Below the pieces are notes generated by a model that worked only from the letters and a program-made list of their open reading frames with translations, was not told the DNA's origin and searched no databases. A stretch of DNA of 64,000 nucleotides from Mobula hypostoma (Eukaryota), in assembly GCF_963921235.1 (NCBI RefSeq), contig NC_086100.1:166346001-166410000 (forward strand), given 5' to 3'. Both the position numbers and the translations under genes were made by a program. Of this stretch, positions 12,530-25,360 are shown one piece after another; within the stretch, counting starts at the first letter, position 1; every line of letters starts with the position of its first letter.

Positions 12530-13190
12530 TCATAACATGAACTCAAATGGTGTTGCATCGAACCAGTGTCACGCACGGTTAATAAACAGTGTATTTCCAA
12601 CGTGGCCGAGCAGCTCAAGATGCATCCAGTCCAGATGGAGCCTCACTCCCAGCAGACACTGCCCTCAGGATGGCTGTGGCCTGGACGAGACTATCGCTAA
12701 CCACCTAGTACTTGCCAAGGTCTGCCAAGGGATGGAAGGCTGTTTGTCGATATTCATCTCAAGAAGGTGTAGAAAGGGGACTCTAATCTACAGACTGATC
12801 CCAGGGACACATACTGAGAGATATAACAACTGCTGCTGGAGGATCGAAGACACACCGGCCCTTCAGTGTGAGATGTCCACATGCAAATCTACGTTCCAGA
12901 CCGAAGGAGCCACATGCTAAAGAACACACTGAAGCTCAGTGCAGCCCATGCAAAGGCTAGGTGAGGGAGAACTACAAGTCTGAGTCCAATTTCCACTTGA
13001 CACTGAAGGGCAAGACTCTGTGTAACAGCCTCATAAACACTTCATTGATATATTGTTTAAGGAGGAAACATATGTGGTGCTGATGCATTGTAAGGAAGTG
13101 TACTCAATTAATAATACAATGAATGTAGACAGACATGCACTGATTGTATTTACTGTACATATAATGAATAAAGTACGTCTGATAAAAAAA
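12530..13190 (+). mobile_element. Tx1-type (L1 clade) LINE 3' end
   Basis: CPQDGCGLDETIANHL zinc-knuckle remnant; LKNTLKLSAAHAKAR*GRTT C-terminus; AATAAA plus A-tail at 13167-13191. Confidence 0.7.
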
Positions 13191-13599
13191 ACTCAAACTC
13201 CATGCTACCGTCCTGAACCAACAGGCCCTGGCTGAGTGGTGATTTAAACCAGCCGCATGGACAGCGCAGAAACTGTGGGCTGAAGGGCCTGTTCCCAGGT
13301 TGTGCTGCTCCATGCTGGGTCAGTATGAGGGCAGACAGCGATGTCAGAGGACATGCAGCATTCGCTGTAACTGGATCTCAAACATGAGCCCGAGGATCAG
13401 CAGTGGAGCTTGCAGAAGACGCCTGGGGGTGGGGGGGCATTAGGGCCAATGAAATGGAGGCAATTTCTTTTCATCCTCGAGTTAGAACTTACTTTGTATT
13501 TCCACTTTTCTTATTTCACACCTGTACTGACTGACTGACCCATGTTGTGTCTACCTTTCAACTGGCAAATTTCTGATCTTGTTGATCAATTCGTTTTCA

Positions 13600-13830
13600 T
13601 CCGTTTCACTGCCTCTGTCTTGCTGTTAAAACTCCTCTTGGCCTTACACAGCCCAGCCCCAATGCCCTTGCCTCTCTAATCACCACTAGCCCTTCGGTAC
13701 TCTTCTAATTCCCATCACTCCACCACTGGTGGATATGCCTTCAGATGGCTGGGTCCAAAACTCTGGTATTTCCTTCCTAAACTTCACTATCTTTTACACA
13801 CCCTTTCATCCTCCCATCCTGTGAGCCCAC
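13600..13830 (+). mobile_element. L2-like LINE 3' remnant
   Basis: GGYAFRWLGPKLW..LP-like end (ggtggatatgccttcagatggctgggtccaaaactctgg). Confidence 0.5.
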
Positions 13831-14329
13831 CTTCAAGACCAAGCAATGCTGAACCCTTAATCTTGCATTTTGCTTGACTGCCTGCCTGTGAGAAAAACCA
13901 TACAATCATTTATATCAATGCAAGCTGATGCAGTATATTTGTTTGAAGAATCTGGAGTAATAATCTGCTGGAGGAAGTCAGTAATTTGCAAGGGGAAAGG
14001 AATTGTCATTGTTTCTCTTTGAAATGCTGCAGATATTACAGAAACATTGACATTCCTTCCCCGACCACCCGCTAACAGATGCTGCCCGAGCCATTGAGTT
14101 TCTCCAGCCTACCGAGGACAAAGAGGCACTGGTGAGCTTTCTTGGCCACGGTGTCCACGTGGTTGGACTAGGACAGACTTATTGGTGATATTCACTCAGA
14201 AGAAGTCAAAGCTCTCAACCCTCTTGACCCTCAAACCTCCGGCATTAACAATCTTTTGTGTAAATCTTCAATAACCTCCCTGTTGATTGGAAGGAGTGCC
14301 TTGCTGCTTAACCCTGGAGAAACCCTTAC

Positions 14330-14455
14330 CGTGGGGTCCTTGGTACAACAGGAGAAGGGCACACCGCAACGTTCCCGACTTGTGTTGCTGTCTGTGCAGT
14401 TGAAATAAATGTTTAGATTCCAGTCGTCGGCGCTGTGAGCACCACAGCATTCCCA
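14330..14455 (-). CDS. TSPAN5/TSPAN17: Tetraspanin exon 5: WECCGAHSADDWNLNIYFNCTDSNTSRERCGVPFSCCTKDPT
   Basis: 126 nt; cAG/GTAAG; CCG and PxSCC motifs of EC2. Confidence 0.97.
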
Positions 14456-14809
14456 CTGGGGATGGGAAGAGAAGAGTTGATTATCTTGGCTGCAAACCAT
14501 CAGCTTCACACCAGACACACTGCAGGAAACCCTTCTGTACCTGTAGCATTTCACTTTGCAATCAATGTGTAAGTATAAATCTAAACATGGACAATAGTTT
14601 AGAACGCCAGGCCTGGAAAATTACACCTATGAAGAACAACTGGAGCTGCTAGGGTTATTTTCTTTGGAACCGATGAGGCAGTAGAGAGATTGATTGTAGG
14701 GTATAAAATTGCAAAGACCTTTCCCCTAGGGCAGCACTTCAGCATAGCCAATAGTGCTATCGCTTTACAGTGCCAACGATCACCGATTCCCACCGCATTC
14801 TGTGAGGAA

Positions 14810-15015
14810 CACACATAAAAGTTGCTGGTGAACGCAGCAGGCCAGGCAGCATCTCTAGGAAGAGGTACAGTCAACGTTAGTCCTGACGAAGGGTCTCGGC
14901 CTGAAACGTCGACTGCACCTCTTCCTAGAGATGCTGCCTGGCCTGCTGCGTTCACCAGCAACTTTTATGTGTTGCTTGAATTTCCAGCATCTGCAGAATT
15001 CCTGTTGTTTGCATC
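14810..15015 (+). mobile_element. Young Penelope-type fold-back insertion
   Basis: 68-bp inverted arms (14811-14878 / 14905-14972, 2 mismatches); 10-bp TSD ctgtgaggaa (14800-09 and 15016-25). Confidence 0.85.
14879..14914 (+). ncRNA. Minimal type I hammerhead ribozyme motif (Penelope-associated)
   Basis: AGTC-CTGACGA-AGG(GTCTCGG)CCT-GAAA-C-GTC^-GACT: intact core, stem I AGTC/GACT, stem II AGG/CCT, palindromic ACGT in place of stem III. Confidence 0.75.
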
Positions 15016-15284
15016 CTGTGAGGAATGAGTATGTTCTCCCTGGGTTTCCTTTGGATGCTCGGTCTCCTCCCACATTCCAAAGACGTACGGGCTAGGGTCA
15101 GTAAGTTGTGGACGTGCTACGATGGTGCTAGATGCGTGGCGACACTCGTGAGGCACCCCCAGCATAATCCTCGCTGATTTGATTTGACGCGAATGGTGTA
15201 TTTCACTGTACGTTCTAATGTTTCAATGCACCCATGACAAATAAAGCTAAAGCAAGTATTTAATTCCTTAGCAGAATGGCCAAA

Positions 15285-15700
15285 AACAAGAGAAGGTAGA
15301 TGCATAGATTTAAGTATCTGACAGAAACAATAGAGGGATGATAAGGAAATATTTTTCACCCAGAGGCAGTGGGAGATCGAAGATGCCCACAAGTGGTGAT
15401 GGTGGTGGAGAGGGACACAATAGGGTCTTTTAAGAAACTTGTGGACAGGTACATGGAGCTTAGAAAAATAGAGGGCTATGGGTAACCTTAGGTGATTTCT
15501 AAGTACGTACAAGTTTGGCACAGCATTGTGGGCTGAAGGACCTGTATTGTGCTGTAGGTTTTCTATGTTTCTAAGAGTGCGAGAGGCAGAAACCCTCCCT
15601 TCATTAAAACCTGACTTGGTTATATTTGAAAAACTGTGCCCAAACCAGGTTTCGATTAATATGGATGTGACAGGCTGATGCTATAAACATTCTATGATTC
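15285..15700 (+). mobile_element. CR1 3' end fragments
   Basis: atatttttcacccagagg...gggctgaaggacctgtattgtgctgtaggttttctatgtttct tail. Confidence 0.75.
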
Positions 15701-16867
15701 CACGATGATGATCAATGCTTATCAAATCACAACAGACATTCAGTGCAGCCTGCTTCCGTCGATCAACAACTGCAGATGATGGAAATCCAAAATCAGATAA
15801 TGCCAGACACAGTCAGTAGGTCGTGCAGCATCCATGGAGACAGAGAGATCTAATTTCAGATCGACAACCTTTCACTGAAAACAGACAATTAAGAAAACAT
15901 TTAAATTACAGAGACAAGAAAAGCTGCAACTGTGCAAGATGAGAAATGCCACAGTCACTGGAGATTGGAAATAAAAGGCTTCTTTCTTATTTCATAGCTC
16001 CAGCAACCACCTACTTCTGCATTTCCAGCACAGCTTGTTTCTGCGCCCCACCCCCATCCTTTCTGCCCTTCATTTACAAAAATTAATTTGAAAACAGATT
16101 TCGTGACACATGCCAGTGATAATAAAGTTGATTTTGTTTCTTTATCTTCTCCAGTTCCAATGAAAGGGTATTGATCTGAAGCATTCAGACAGATCAGCTA
16201 AGACTACCAAGCATTCACATTCTCACTTGGTCCCTCATAAGAGCACAATGTATTGGACATACATTGGAGAAAAAATAGGCCATTCAGCCCAGAGTCTCAT
16301 CTGCCATTCCATCATGACTGATTTATTATCCCTCTCAACCCCATTCTTTTGCCTTCTCCTCGTAACCTTTGACACCCTTACTAATCAAGAACCCATCAAA
16401 CTCGTGCAAGTATGTTCATTTTGCCATTTTCCCAGTTCTGAATCAGTATTTCAGTTTCTCTCTCCACAGATGCTGCCTATCCTGCTGAGTGTCTATAGTA
16501 TTTTTTGTTTTTAATCCAGAACTCACTGCCTGCAAGGGCACCCCAGAACAATCAATCAATGCCTTCAAAAGGAATTGGACAGGTACCTGAAAGAGAAGAG
16601 GGCTATGGGGAAGAGAGGGGAACCAAATTAACAGCTTTCCTCCACTAAGAGCTAGTACAGATGACAGGCCATAAGTCTTCTTCAGTGCAGTGGTATTCTA
16701 TGATTTAGTATCTGTCATCTCTTCACAATCTAAGCTCCATACCCTTGGTAACATTTTGTGAACGTGGTAAAGTTTTGTGAACAGAAAAGCTGTCCTCTGA
16801 TTGCCCCTAATAACTAGCCACACTAAGTGGCTCTCATTCAAGACCTTTTCGCTACCCGGTGACTTAC

Positions 16868-17038
16868 ATATTCCTGTGTGAAGTCAATGAGGTTCTGCAG
16901 ATCAATGTCATCTCGATAGGCTCTAATGTTCTTGTTAATAAAAAAGTTGAGCTGATCTCTGATCCAGTCCTTGAAGACAAAAGCCAGCACCCCCGCAGTG
17001 AGCTCCAGGAAAAAAATTACGCCGAGGAACACAGAGAA
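16868..17038 (-). CDS. TSPAN5/TSPAN17: Tetraspanin exon 4: FSVFLGVIFFLELTAGVLAFVFKDWIRDQLNFFINKNIRAYRDDIDLQNLIDFTQEY
   Basis: 171 nt; cAG/GTAAGT; TM3 and the TspanC8 YRDDIDLQNLID motif. Confidence 0.97.
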
Positions 17039-17525
17039 CTGTTTCAAAACAGGAGAACAGAGTTAAGGAGACTTCAGACACTGGTGCCTTTTGTATTCAT
17101 TTAAATCCTCCCTCACTCTCGTGGACTGGAGCATGTTAATGCAACTGTCTCATAGATCCACTTGCCAAGTCCATTCCTAACCTCTAGACCTCTATGTGAA
17201 GATTGCTTGTTCTCCCTGTGTACTGCATCAGTTTCCTCAAGGGCACTCCAGTTCACTCCCACATCCAAAGATGGTTACTGCAAATTACCCGTCAGAATAG
17301 TTTACAGGCAAAAGAATCAAAGGGGAGTTGATTGGCATGTGAGTGGGTAGGTTACGCAGCTTCAGGGAAATGGGGGGCATGGAGAAAGTAGTCTGTTTAC
17401 TTTGGTGCTACAGTATCAAGTTTATACAAAGGATTAAGCCATACCCCCTTTAGCTAGCATGGATTCACGGGACACTCTGGCCTCCTGCTGTGCTGAGAAT
17501 GCTAATAATGTTATTATTCACTTAC

Positions 17526-17672
17526 AAACTTGAGAAGGAAGGTGTTCTCCCGCAGAGCACCAATACATCCTGCAAATCCCAGAATGAACATCACACCTCC
17601 GACAACAAGGAACAGCCAGACTGGATCGAAGCCACCCAAGTCTGTGATGGAGGAAATATTCGACAACACTCC
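17526..17672 (-). CDS. TSPAN5/TSPAN17: Tetraspanin exon 3: [49 protein letters not shown]
   Basis: 147 nt; cAG/GTAAG; EC1, TM2 and the GCIGALREN motif; matches the TSPAN5 sequence as recalled. Confidence 0.97.
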
Positions 17673-17816
17673 CTGCAAGCCAGCAAACAGATACACAGCT
17701 CATCGAGTGTAACACAGTCCAAAAATGACAAGCACAATCTGTCTCATTACATTCCTAGTTTTTGGACCTACCGCTTTGTACACTGGAAAATATAATATTA
17801 CTGCACGAAAAGAAAA

Positions 17817-18140
17817 GGCACGTTGGTGCAGTGATTGTGCTGGTGCCTCATTGCTCCTGTGTCCCATGTTCAATCCTGATCTCAGGAATATTCTACTGGG
17901 TGGAGCTTGCACGTTCTCCCTGCAACTGCAAGGGTTTCCCCCAGGTGTCTGGTTTCCTCCCACATGTCGGAAGGTCAAATGGCCACTGCATGTCACTCCT
18001 TGTGTAGATAGGAGACACCAGAAACAAGATGCACAATCAGCGTGTGAAGGTACAGGTTGCAGAGATATAGAGAAGGAATGGAATTGGGGAAAATCTGAAT
18101 GCAGGTATGGACTCAATGGGAAGATTGGCCTTCTTTGATG
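17817..18140 (+). mobile_element. V-SINE (another partial copy at ~17195-17350)
   Basis: B box gttcaatcc; V-core gcttgcacgttctccct...ggtttcctcccaca. Confidence 0.75.
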
Positions 18141-18242
18141 TCATAAGAAAATACAACATGAATGCAAGGCATTACCATGTCACATGTACTGAGTTAGTGA
18201 CAAATTTTGCATGCCATCCAAAGATCACTCAGTATCTAAGTA

Positions 18243-18519
18243 CATCGATGTAGTATAAAAGGAAAAAGAAATCGGACTGTGAATATAGTGAGACAGACAA
18301 TAAGTTGCAGGGCTGTAAGGAGGTAGACTGTGAGATCAGGAATCCTTCTTGTCATTCTAAGACTATTGAACAGTCCCATAGTACGATAAGAAGGACTCTT
18401 GATCTCACAATCTACCTCATTATGGTCTTGCAACTTGCTCTGTCTACACTGCACTTTCTCTGTAACTGTAACACCATGCTCACAGTCTGATTCATTTTTC
18501 CTTTTGTACAAGCTCGATG
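18243..18519. repeat. Imperfect long inverted repeat formed by two opposed Rex/Babar-type 3' UTR fragments
   Basis: 18302-18353 pairs with 18385-18436 (about 80% identity); the outer arms also pair. Confidence 0.75.
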
Positions 18520-18529
18520 GGGGAGAAAC

Positions 18530-18805
18530 AGACTAGAAGGAGGTCACTTCAGAAGAGATGAGGAGGAATCTGTTTAGCCAGAGGGTGGTAAATCTTTGGA
18601 ATCATTATAACAGACAGCTGTCATTGAGTATATTTAAAGTGGAGGCTGATAGGTTCTTGATTAGTAAGGGTGTCAAAGGTTACGGGGAGAAGGCAGGAGA
18701 ATGGGATTGAGGAGGAGAATAAATCAGCCACAATGGAATGGCAGAGCAGACCCAATGGGCTGAATGGCCTAATTCTGCTCCTATGTCTCATGGTCTTATG
18801 GTCTA
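18530..18805 (+). mobile_element. CR1 3' end
   Basis: gagatgaggaggaat..tttagccagagggtggt..; (tatggtct)n tail. Confidence 0.8.
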
Positions 18806-18835
18806 AATATACATGATTATTTCCTTTGAGATGAT

Positions 18836-19450
18836 CGGTAAAACTCTAATAATCCGGCATCATTGGGAATTTGGTGGTGTCAAAATGCAGGATTTCAGGA
18901 TTGGACATTACTCCATATATCTATTTTACTTTTTAACCTGTTACACTTAAGTACAACTTTTCAGTCACCCATTGATTTTAGAAGAAACCTAGTGAATTTC
19001 ACTTGTGAATTTCAGCTTGTCAGGACAGTCCTGGACACTAGCAGGGGCAAAAGCTTAAGGTGAGCAGAGAAAGATTTAAAAGGGACCTTAGCGATTTCCC
19101 GCAGTGGGTGATGGGTATACAGAACAAGCTGCCCAAGAAAATGGTTGAGGCAGACGCAGAAATAACATTAAAAAGACATTTGGCACATGCATAGGATAGG
19201 CTTTGAGGGATACTGGCCAAATACGAGCAAAATGGACTAGGTTAGGTAGGCAGGTTGGTTATCATGGACGAGTTGGGCCGAAGGACCTGTTTTCATGCTG
19301 TACTATTTCATGACAAACATCCCCACATCCCTGACTCCTGGTCTCCCCGGGCCTAACTCACATTCCGTATTCACGGTGCAGAGTAACAGATAATTCTAGA
19401 CCATAAGGGATACCCAAGTGACCAGATAGAAAGTTACTGGAGTTTTACAG
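18836..19450. mobile_element. Degenerate Tigger-like MITE with a CR1 fragment (~19040-19315) inside
   Basis: Terminal cggtaaaactctaat versus reverse-complemented ctgtaaaactccagt; TA TSD not preserved. Confidence 0.4.
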
Positions 19451-19504
19451 CACAGTCAGAGTCCACTCAATGACAGGCCCTGTTTCCGTGATGTTATCCA
19501 GACC

Positions 19505-20275
19505 TTTTTTAATATTTTTATTGATTTCTATATAGAAAAATACAGAGTCCAAGAGAATACATATTATGAAACAAAAGAAAAAATATAATAATACCAGATA
19601 CAGTATATTGAATCACATTAACAAACTCTTTACTCTACATTCATATAAATTAGATTAATTTGTGTATTAGAATATAAACAGTTTTATACTAAAAAAATCT
19701 ATAACCCACTACCAAAGTCGAAGCTGTTTGGGAAAAAGAAAACCTTATCAGATAATAAAATATGCTATTAACCAGCTTCTGTACTTTAACAAGAAGTCAA
19801 AGATTATAAACATAATTTAAAAACAGTCCCCACAAATTTTGAAAGTCTTGGTTAGATTCAGAAATTGAACAACGAATCTTTTCTAATTTTAGGCATGCCA
19901 TAACATCCCATAACCACTGAGCACAATTAGGTGGAACAGCATCCTTCCATTTAAACAAAAGCACCCTCCTAGCCATAAGAGAGATAAGAGCAAGAATGTG
20001 CAGATCAGATGTCTTCAGGATGATATCTTTCCTTCTAACAATACCCAAATAGGGCAGTCAAAGGATTAGGCTTAACATTTACTTTAAAGAATACAGAAAA
20101 AGTTTGGAATACTTCCAATAATTTCCAAGACTTGGACATGTCCAAAACATATGAATAAATGAAGCTTCTCCATTGTTACACCTATCACAGTAGGGAGATA
20201 TAGCCATATAAAAATGAGTTAACTTATCCTTGGCCATATAAGCCCTATGAACCACTTTAAATTGTAGGAGGGAAG
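19505..20275 (-). mobile_element. L1-clade LINE ORF2 3' end
   Basis: QFKVVHRAY..CDRC..HMFWTC zinc knuckle, ARRVLLFKWK and KLEKIR; AATAAA and A-rich tail at ~19505-19522. Confidence 0.9.
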
Positions 20276-20605
20276 GATCCAGATCTTTTAAATATGCAGC
20301 TTTGAAAAAATACTCGTATCACAGTTGCTGGCTGGGAGGGGATTTCTTTGATTAACCACAAAGTCAGTAACTGCAGCCACAGCACATGTAAGTGATTTGC
20401 AGTACTTAACTAGCTCAGTGTAATCTCAATCCAACATCAGAAACAAGAACAGGATCAAGTGTACGCCCATTTCACCAGGAGGCAGACAAAGCAGACCAGG
20501 GCAATCAGCACTACTCCTTAACATTAGAAACCGTAGTACTGTGAAGGCCTACTCTCCACATTCGGCTCCACGAAACCACAGTGTTTAAATGCAATGTTTT
20601 CCTAT

Positions 20606-21892
20606 ATCAAGTCAAGTCACTTTTTGTTGTCATTTTGACCATAACTGCTGGTACAATACACAGTAAAAACGAGACAATGTTTTTCAGGACCATGGTGCTA
20701 CATGAAACAATACAAAAACTACACTGAACTACATAAAACAACAAAAAACTACACTACACTACAGACCTACCCAGGACTACATAAAGTGCACAAAATGTGC
20801 AGGTATTACAATAAATAATAAACAAGACAATAGGCACAGTAGAGGACAGTAGGTTGGTATCAGTCCAGGCTCTGGGTATTGAGGAGTCTGATGACTTGGG
20901 GGAAGAAACTGTTACATAGTCTGGTCGTGACAGCCCGAATGCTTCGGTGCCTTTTGCCAGATGGCAGGAGGGAGAAGAGTTTGTATGAGGGGTGCGTGGG
21001 GTCCTTCATAATGCTGTTTGCTTTACGGATGCAGCATGTGGTGTAAATGTCTGTAATAGCAGGAAGAGAGACCCCAATGATCTTCTCAGCTGACCTCACT
21101 ATCCGCTGCAGGGTCTTGCGATCCGAGATGGTACGATTTCCAAACCAGACAGTGATGCAGCTGCTCAGGATGCTCTCAATACAACCTCTGTAGAATGTGG
21201 TGAGGATGGGAGGCGGGAGATGGACTTTTCTCAGCCTTCACAGAAAGTAGAGACGCTGCTGGGCTTTCTTTGCTATGGAGCTGGTGTTGAGGGACCAGGT
21301 GAGATTCTCCACCAGATGAACACCAAGAAATTTGGTGCTCTTAACGATCTCTACGGAGGAGTCGTCGATGTTCAGCGGAGAGTGGTCGCTCCGTGTCCTC
21401 CTGAAGTCAACAACCATCTCTTTTGTTTTGTTCACATTCAGAGACAGGTTGTTGACTCTGCACCAGTCCGTTAGCCGCTGCACCTCCTCTCTGTATGCTG
21501 ACTCATCGTTCTTGCTGATGAGACCCACCACGGTCGTGTCATCGGAGAACTTGATGATGTGGTTCGAGCTGTGTGTTGCAGCACAGTCGTGGGTCAGCAG
21601 AGCGAACAGCAGTGGACTGAGAACACAGCCCTGGGGAGCCCCCGTGCTCAGTGTGATGGTGTTGGAGATGCTGCTTCCAATCCGGACTGACTGAGGTCTC
21701 CCAGTCAGGAAATCTAGGATGCAGTTGCAGAGGGAGGTGTTCAGGCCCAGCAGGCTCAGTTTTCCAATCAGTTTCTGAGGATTGATTGTGTTGAATGCTG
21801 AACTGAAGTCTATCAACAGCATTCGAATGTACGTGTCTTCTTTGTCCAGGTGGGTTAGGGCCAGGTGGAGGGCGATGGCAATGGCATCGTCA
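20606..21892 (-). mobile_element. Rex1/Babar LINE, 5'-truncated, RT largely intact
   Basis: [43 protein letters not shown] and KAQQRLYFL motifs; (gactt)n tail. Confidence 0.93.
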
Positions 21893-22254
21893 TATATACA
21901 GTATATATGAAAGTCATTGACTACAAAAGAATTATGAATGCATATTTTGAACGTCATAAATCAATGTGGACAATAAATGTTGATAACCCGACTATAAGCA
22001 AGAGCTAGCCCTCCACATGCAGTCGAGTTTGGGCCGAGGGTATCATTCATTCATAAACACACACACTTGCTTCTCCTCAATGCCTACTAGGTGTCAGCTT
22101 CCTGGCAATCTTTGACAGCCACTGGAATCCGAAAGGAGGTGTGGGGGGTGGGGGGGGGGGAGAGGAGGGTTGATGTGTGCAAGGGGAAGTGATACCCAAG
22201 AATGAGAAAGTTAGAGTGCATTGCTGTAAAGCTGGAGTCTCACAGTGCCAGGTT

Positions 22255-22740
22255 CATAAGACCATAAGACATTGGAGCAGAATAAAGCCATTTGACCCCT
22301 CGAGTCTGCTCTGCATTCCAACATGGCTGATTTGTTTTCCCTCTCAACCCCATTCTTCTGCCTTCTCCCCATAACCCTTGGTGGCCTTACTAATAGAGAA
22401 TCCGTCAACCTCCACTTTAAATATGCCCAATGACTTGGCCTCCATAGCTGTCTGTGGTAAACAATTCCACAGTTTCACCACCCCCAGGCTAATGAAATTT
22501 CTCCTCATCTCTATTTTAAATGGATGTCCCTCTACCCTGAGGCTGTGCCCTTTGGTCCTAGACTCTACCTCACTAGAGGTTTCAATGAGATCCCCCTTCA
22601 TCCTTTTAAACTCCATGAGTACAGACCCAGAGCCATCAAACACTCCTCATATGTTAACCCTTTCGTTCACAGACTCATTCTCGTGAACTTCCTCTGGACC
22701 CAGCACATCTTTTCTTCGATAAGGGGCCCAAAACTGCTCG
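22255..22740 (-). mobile_element. CR1 3' portion
   Basis: RMKGDLIET..RTKGHSLRV..MRRNFIS..VVKLWN. Confidence 0.87.
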
Positions 22741-23031
22741 GAAGTCAGAAAAACAACCAGCATAATGAAAGATCCTGCTAACCCTGAGCATTCCACAGGA
22801 TCGGGCAGAAGGTGCAACAGATTGAAAGTATGTAGCATCAGGCTTAAGAAGAGCTTCTATCCAACTGTTGCAAGACGAGTAAATGGTTCCTGACTACAGT
22901 ACAATATGTTGGACTCCTAACATTACAATCTACCTCGTTATGACCTTGCAACTTATTATCTACCTGCACTATACTTCCTCTGTAACTGTAACACCCTATT
23001 CTGCATTCTGTTATTGTTTTCCCTTGTACTA

Positions 23032-23103
23032 CAGTACTGAGCAAAAGTCTTAGGCACCCTAGCGATATACTGTATATGTGCCCAAGACTTCAGCACAATA
23101 TTG
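23032..23103. mobile_element. 72-bp Tc1-like MITE inserted in a Rex/Babar tail (host ~22745-23200, + strand)
   Basis: TA|cagtactgagcaaaagtcttaggcac ... gtgcccaagacttcagcacaatattg|TA. Confidence 0.8.
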
Positions 23104-23599
23104 TACTTCCATTCACTGTTCTAAGGAAATAATCTGTATGGACTGCATGCAAGGCAAATTTTTCACTACCTTAGTACGTGGCAATAATAACCCAATCAAT
23201 AAAATTCAGGTTATGTTTCATTCATTGCAAAAAAAAAGTTAATTCAGTAAAATGCAAAGGCTGCTGATCCCAGAATGTGTTCACAAGCCCTGCTTCGGAC
23301 TGACTGCGCAACCCCCAAGTGGGAGACAGAGTTCATGACATATACTTGTTGAAATTATCCAAATGATTATTAATGTCTCAGTTATTATCCCATCTACTTC
23401 CTCCCACTTCTCTACACAACACTACAACGAACTTCTGTGTTCGTTGTTTTGTATCTGTTGGGGAACTATGAGGGACAAAGTGAAGTGTGCATTGACTATT
23501 CGTTAAATAACACCACTAATTACTGGGGGCTGCTAATAAATTCCCAAAGTTCAAGTTCCAGTTTAGAACATAGAACATACTGAGTAGAAGAACAGGAGG

Positions 23600-25360
23600 A
23601 GCTTAAACAATTTCCATTCAAAATAACCCTTGAGAAGTTTACTTACCTTGGAATTGTAATAACCAAAAAAAGTACAGTTCTCCATTTGAAGCAAATTTTA
23701 TCCCTCTAATTGAAAAGATTAAAAAGAAAATAGAATTTTGGAAGACATTCCCAATTTCTTTAGTGAGTAGAGTAAATGCAGTCAAGATGATCTTTCTTCC
23801 CCAACTGCTCTATCTATTTCAGAACCTGCCCCGCTATCTTACCAAAACCTTTTTTTAAAGGATTAGATTCAATAATTCTACCTTTTATATGGAATTATAA
23901 AGCCCATCGAACTAGGAAAGAACATCCCTGCAAGAATAAGACTAGTGGGGGGCTAGCACTACCCAACTTTATTTTTTTATTACTGAGCTGCTAACGTTAA
24001 TCATATAGCATACTGGATAGATGATACAGTTGTACTTCCCGGATGGTTGCAGATGGAGTGTGAGGATTGCCTACCATATTCCATAGGGGCAATGATTATG
24101 TCCCCTATTTGGTTAAATAAAGCCTGGTATAGAGGCAGTCCCACTATCCATAGCACCATATAGATGTGGAGACAAATGAGGAAGCATTTGAAACTCAGAA
24201 CATTTATCAGCGAACTCTTCTTTTATTCTCTCGTGTATAGATGGGGCTTTTGATGCATGACGAGAATTAGGGATACGCAGCATTGGAGACTTATACATAC
24301 AAGGGATGTTTGCGTCATTTTGGGCAGCTCCAGGACAAATTCGGATTGCAAGAGTCATTTTTTCAGGTATCTCCAGCTAAGACACTATATAAGATCACAT
24401 CTTTCTGGTTTTGAGACAGCAGAACCTGATAAATTAGACAATCATTTAAGATCCTGTTTAGGGACAGAACACATCATCGCCTATCTGTATGATGCCATAC
24501 AAAACAATTGCCATACAACAATGGATAATATTAAAAAAGAGTGGGAAAGGGAGTTGGGTACAGAGATAGAGGATATGGAATGAGGCTTTGGAGTATGTTA
24601 ACTCCTGTTCCATCAATGCCAGGCATTATTTAATACAATTTAAAACCCTACATAGACTACATTACTCAAAAGTAAGGATTCATAAAATATTCCCAGAGGC
24701 GTCCCCAATGTGTGAGAAATGCAAGTCCTCGGAGGCAAATTTGTTACATAGTTATGCTTTATGTCCCAGGATACAAGAGTATTGGAAGCAAATATTTGAG
24801 GTCCTATCAAAGATACTAAAGGTTCAGATAATACCAGACCCCATTTTAATAACTTTTGGAACTTCTGCCAGGTGAAATAAATTCCAGGCTACCCAGCAAC
24901 AACTCCTGTCCTATGGCATACTTAATGGAAAGAAACTCATACTGATGTTCTGGAAAAAGGAGGGAACTCCATCACTCTGACAATGGCTGGCTGCATTAGT
25001 GGATACTCTGCATCTAGAGAGGATAAGATACATTATCAAGGACAGACTCAAGGAATTTGAAAAAATCTGGCAACCATTATTGTTGTATTTAGAAGAGACT
25101 GACAGCTGAACTAAGTGTGGGGGGGCGGTAGGACCTAAAGAGCACATACGAGAGGAGTGAGGGGAGGGTAGGGCTGGGAAGGGGAAAGGAGATGGGGTGG
25201 TAGGGTTTCCTTTGCTTTTTGCTTGTTTACTATACATGCATTCATTTGATTTTCATTATGTTGTTACAAGAAAGAAAAGGAAAAAGAAGCATTGTACTTT
25301 AGGACATTGTCGGTTGTGGTTAAGCTGATGTTGCTTCACAATAAAAACATCTGAAAACAA
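23600..25360 (+). mobile_element. L1-clade LINE ORF2 3' half, degenerate
   Basis: FTYLGI, RVNAVKMIFLPQLLYLFQ, GGLALPNF, LIQFKTLHRLHYS..CEKC..H..C motifs; AATAAA at ~25340. Confidence 0.92.

Larger units (their letters stand above)
14728..15250 (+). mobile_element. V-SINE-like element interrupted by a PLE insertion
   Basis: V-core tatgttctccctgggtttcc...cctcccacattccaaagacgt; tail ending aataaagctaa. Confidence 0.75.

Noticed and set aside
14599-15073. Mirror ORFs starting MLVNAAGQAASLGRG on both strands
   Set aside because: Artefact of the Penelope inverted repeat
21238-21957. 239-aa ORF, and the 217-aa ORF at 29496-30149, as host genes
   Set aside because: 5'-truncated Rex1/Babar reverse transcriptase fragments with LINE tails
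22135-22170. G-rich tract with G-quadruplex potential
   Set aside because: Simple poly-G runs recur in this window with no functional context
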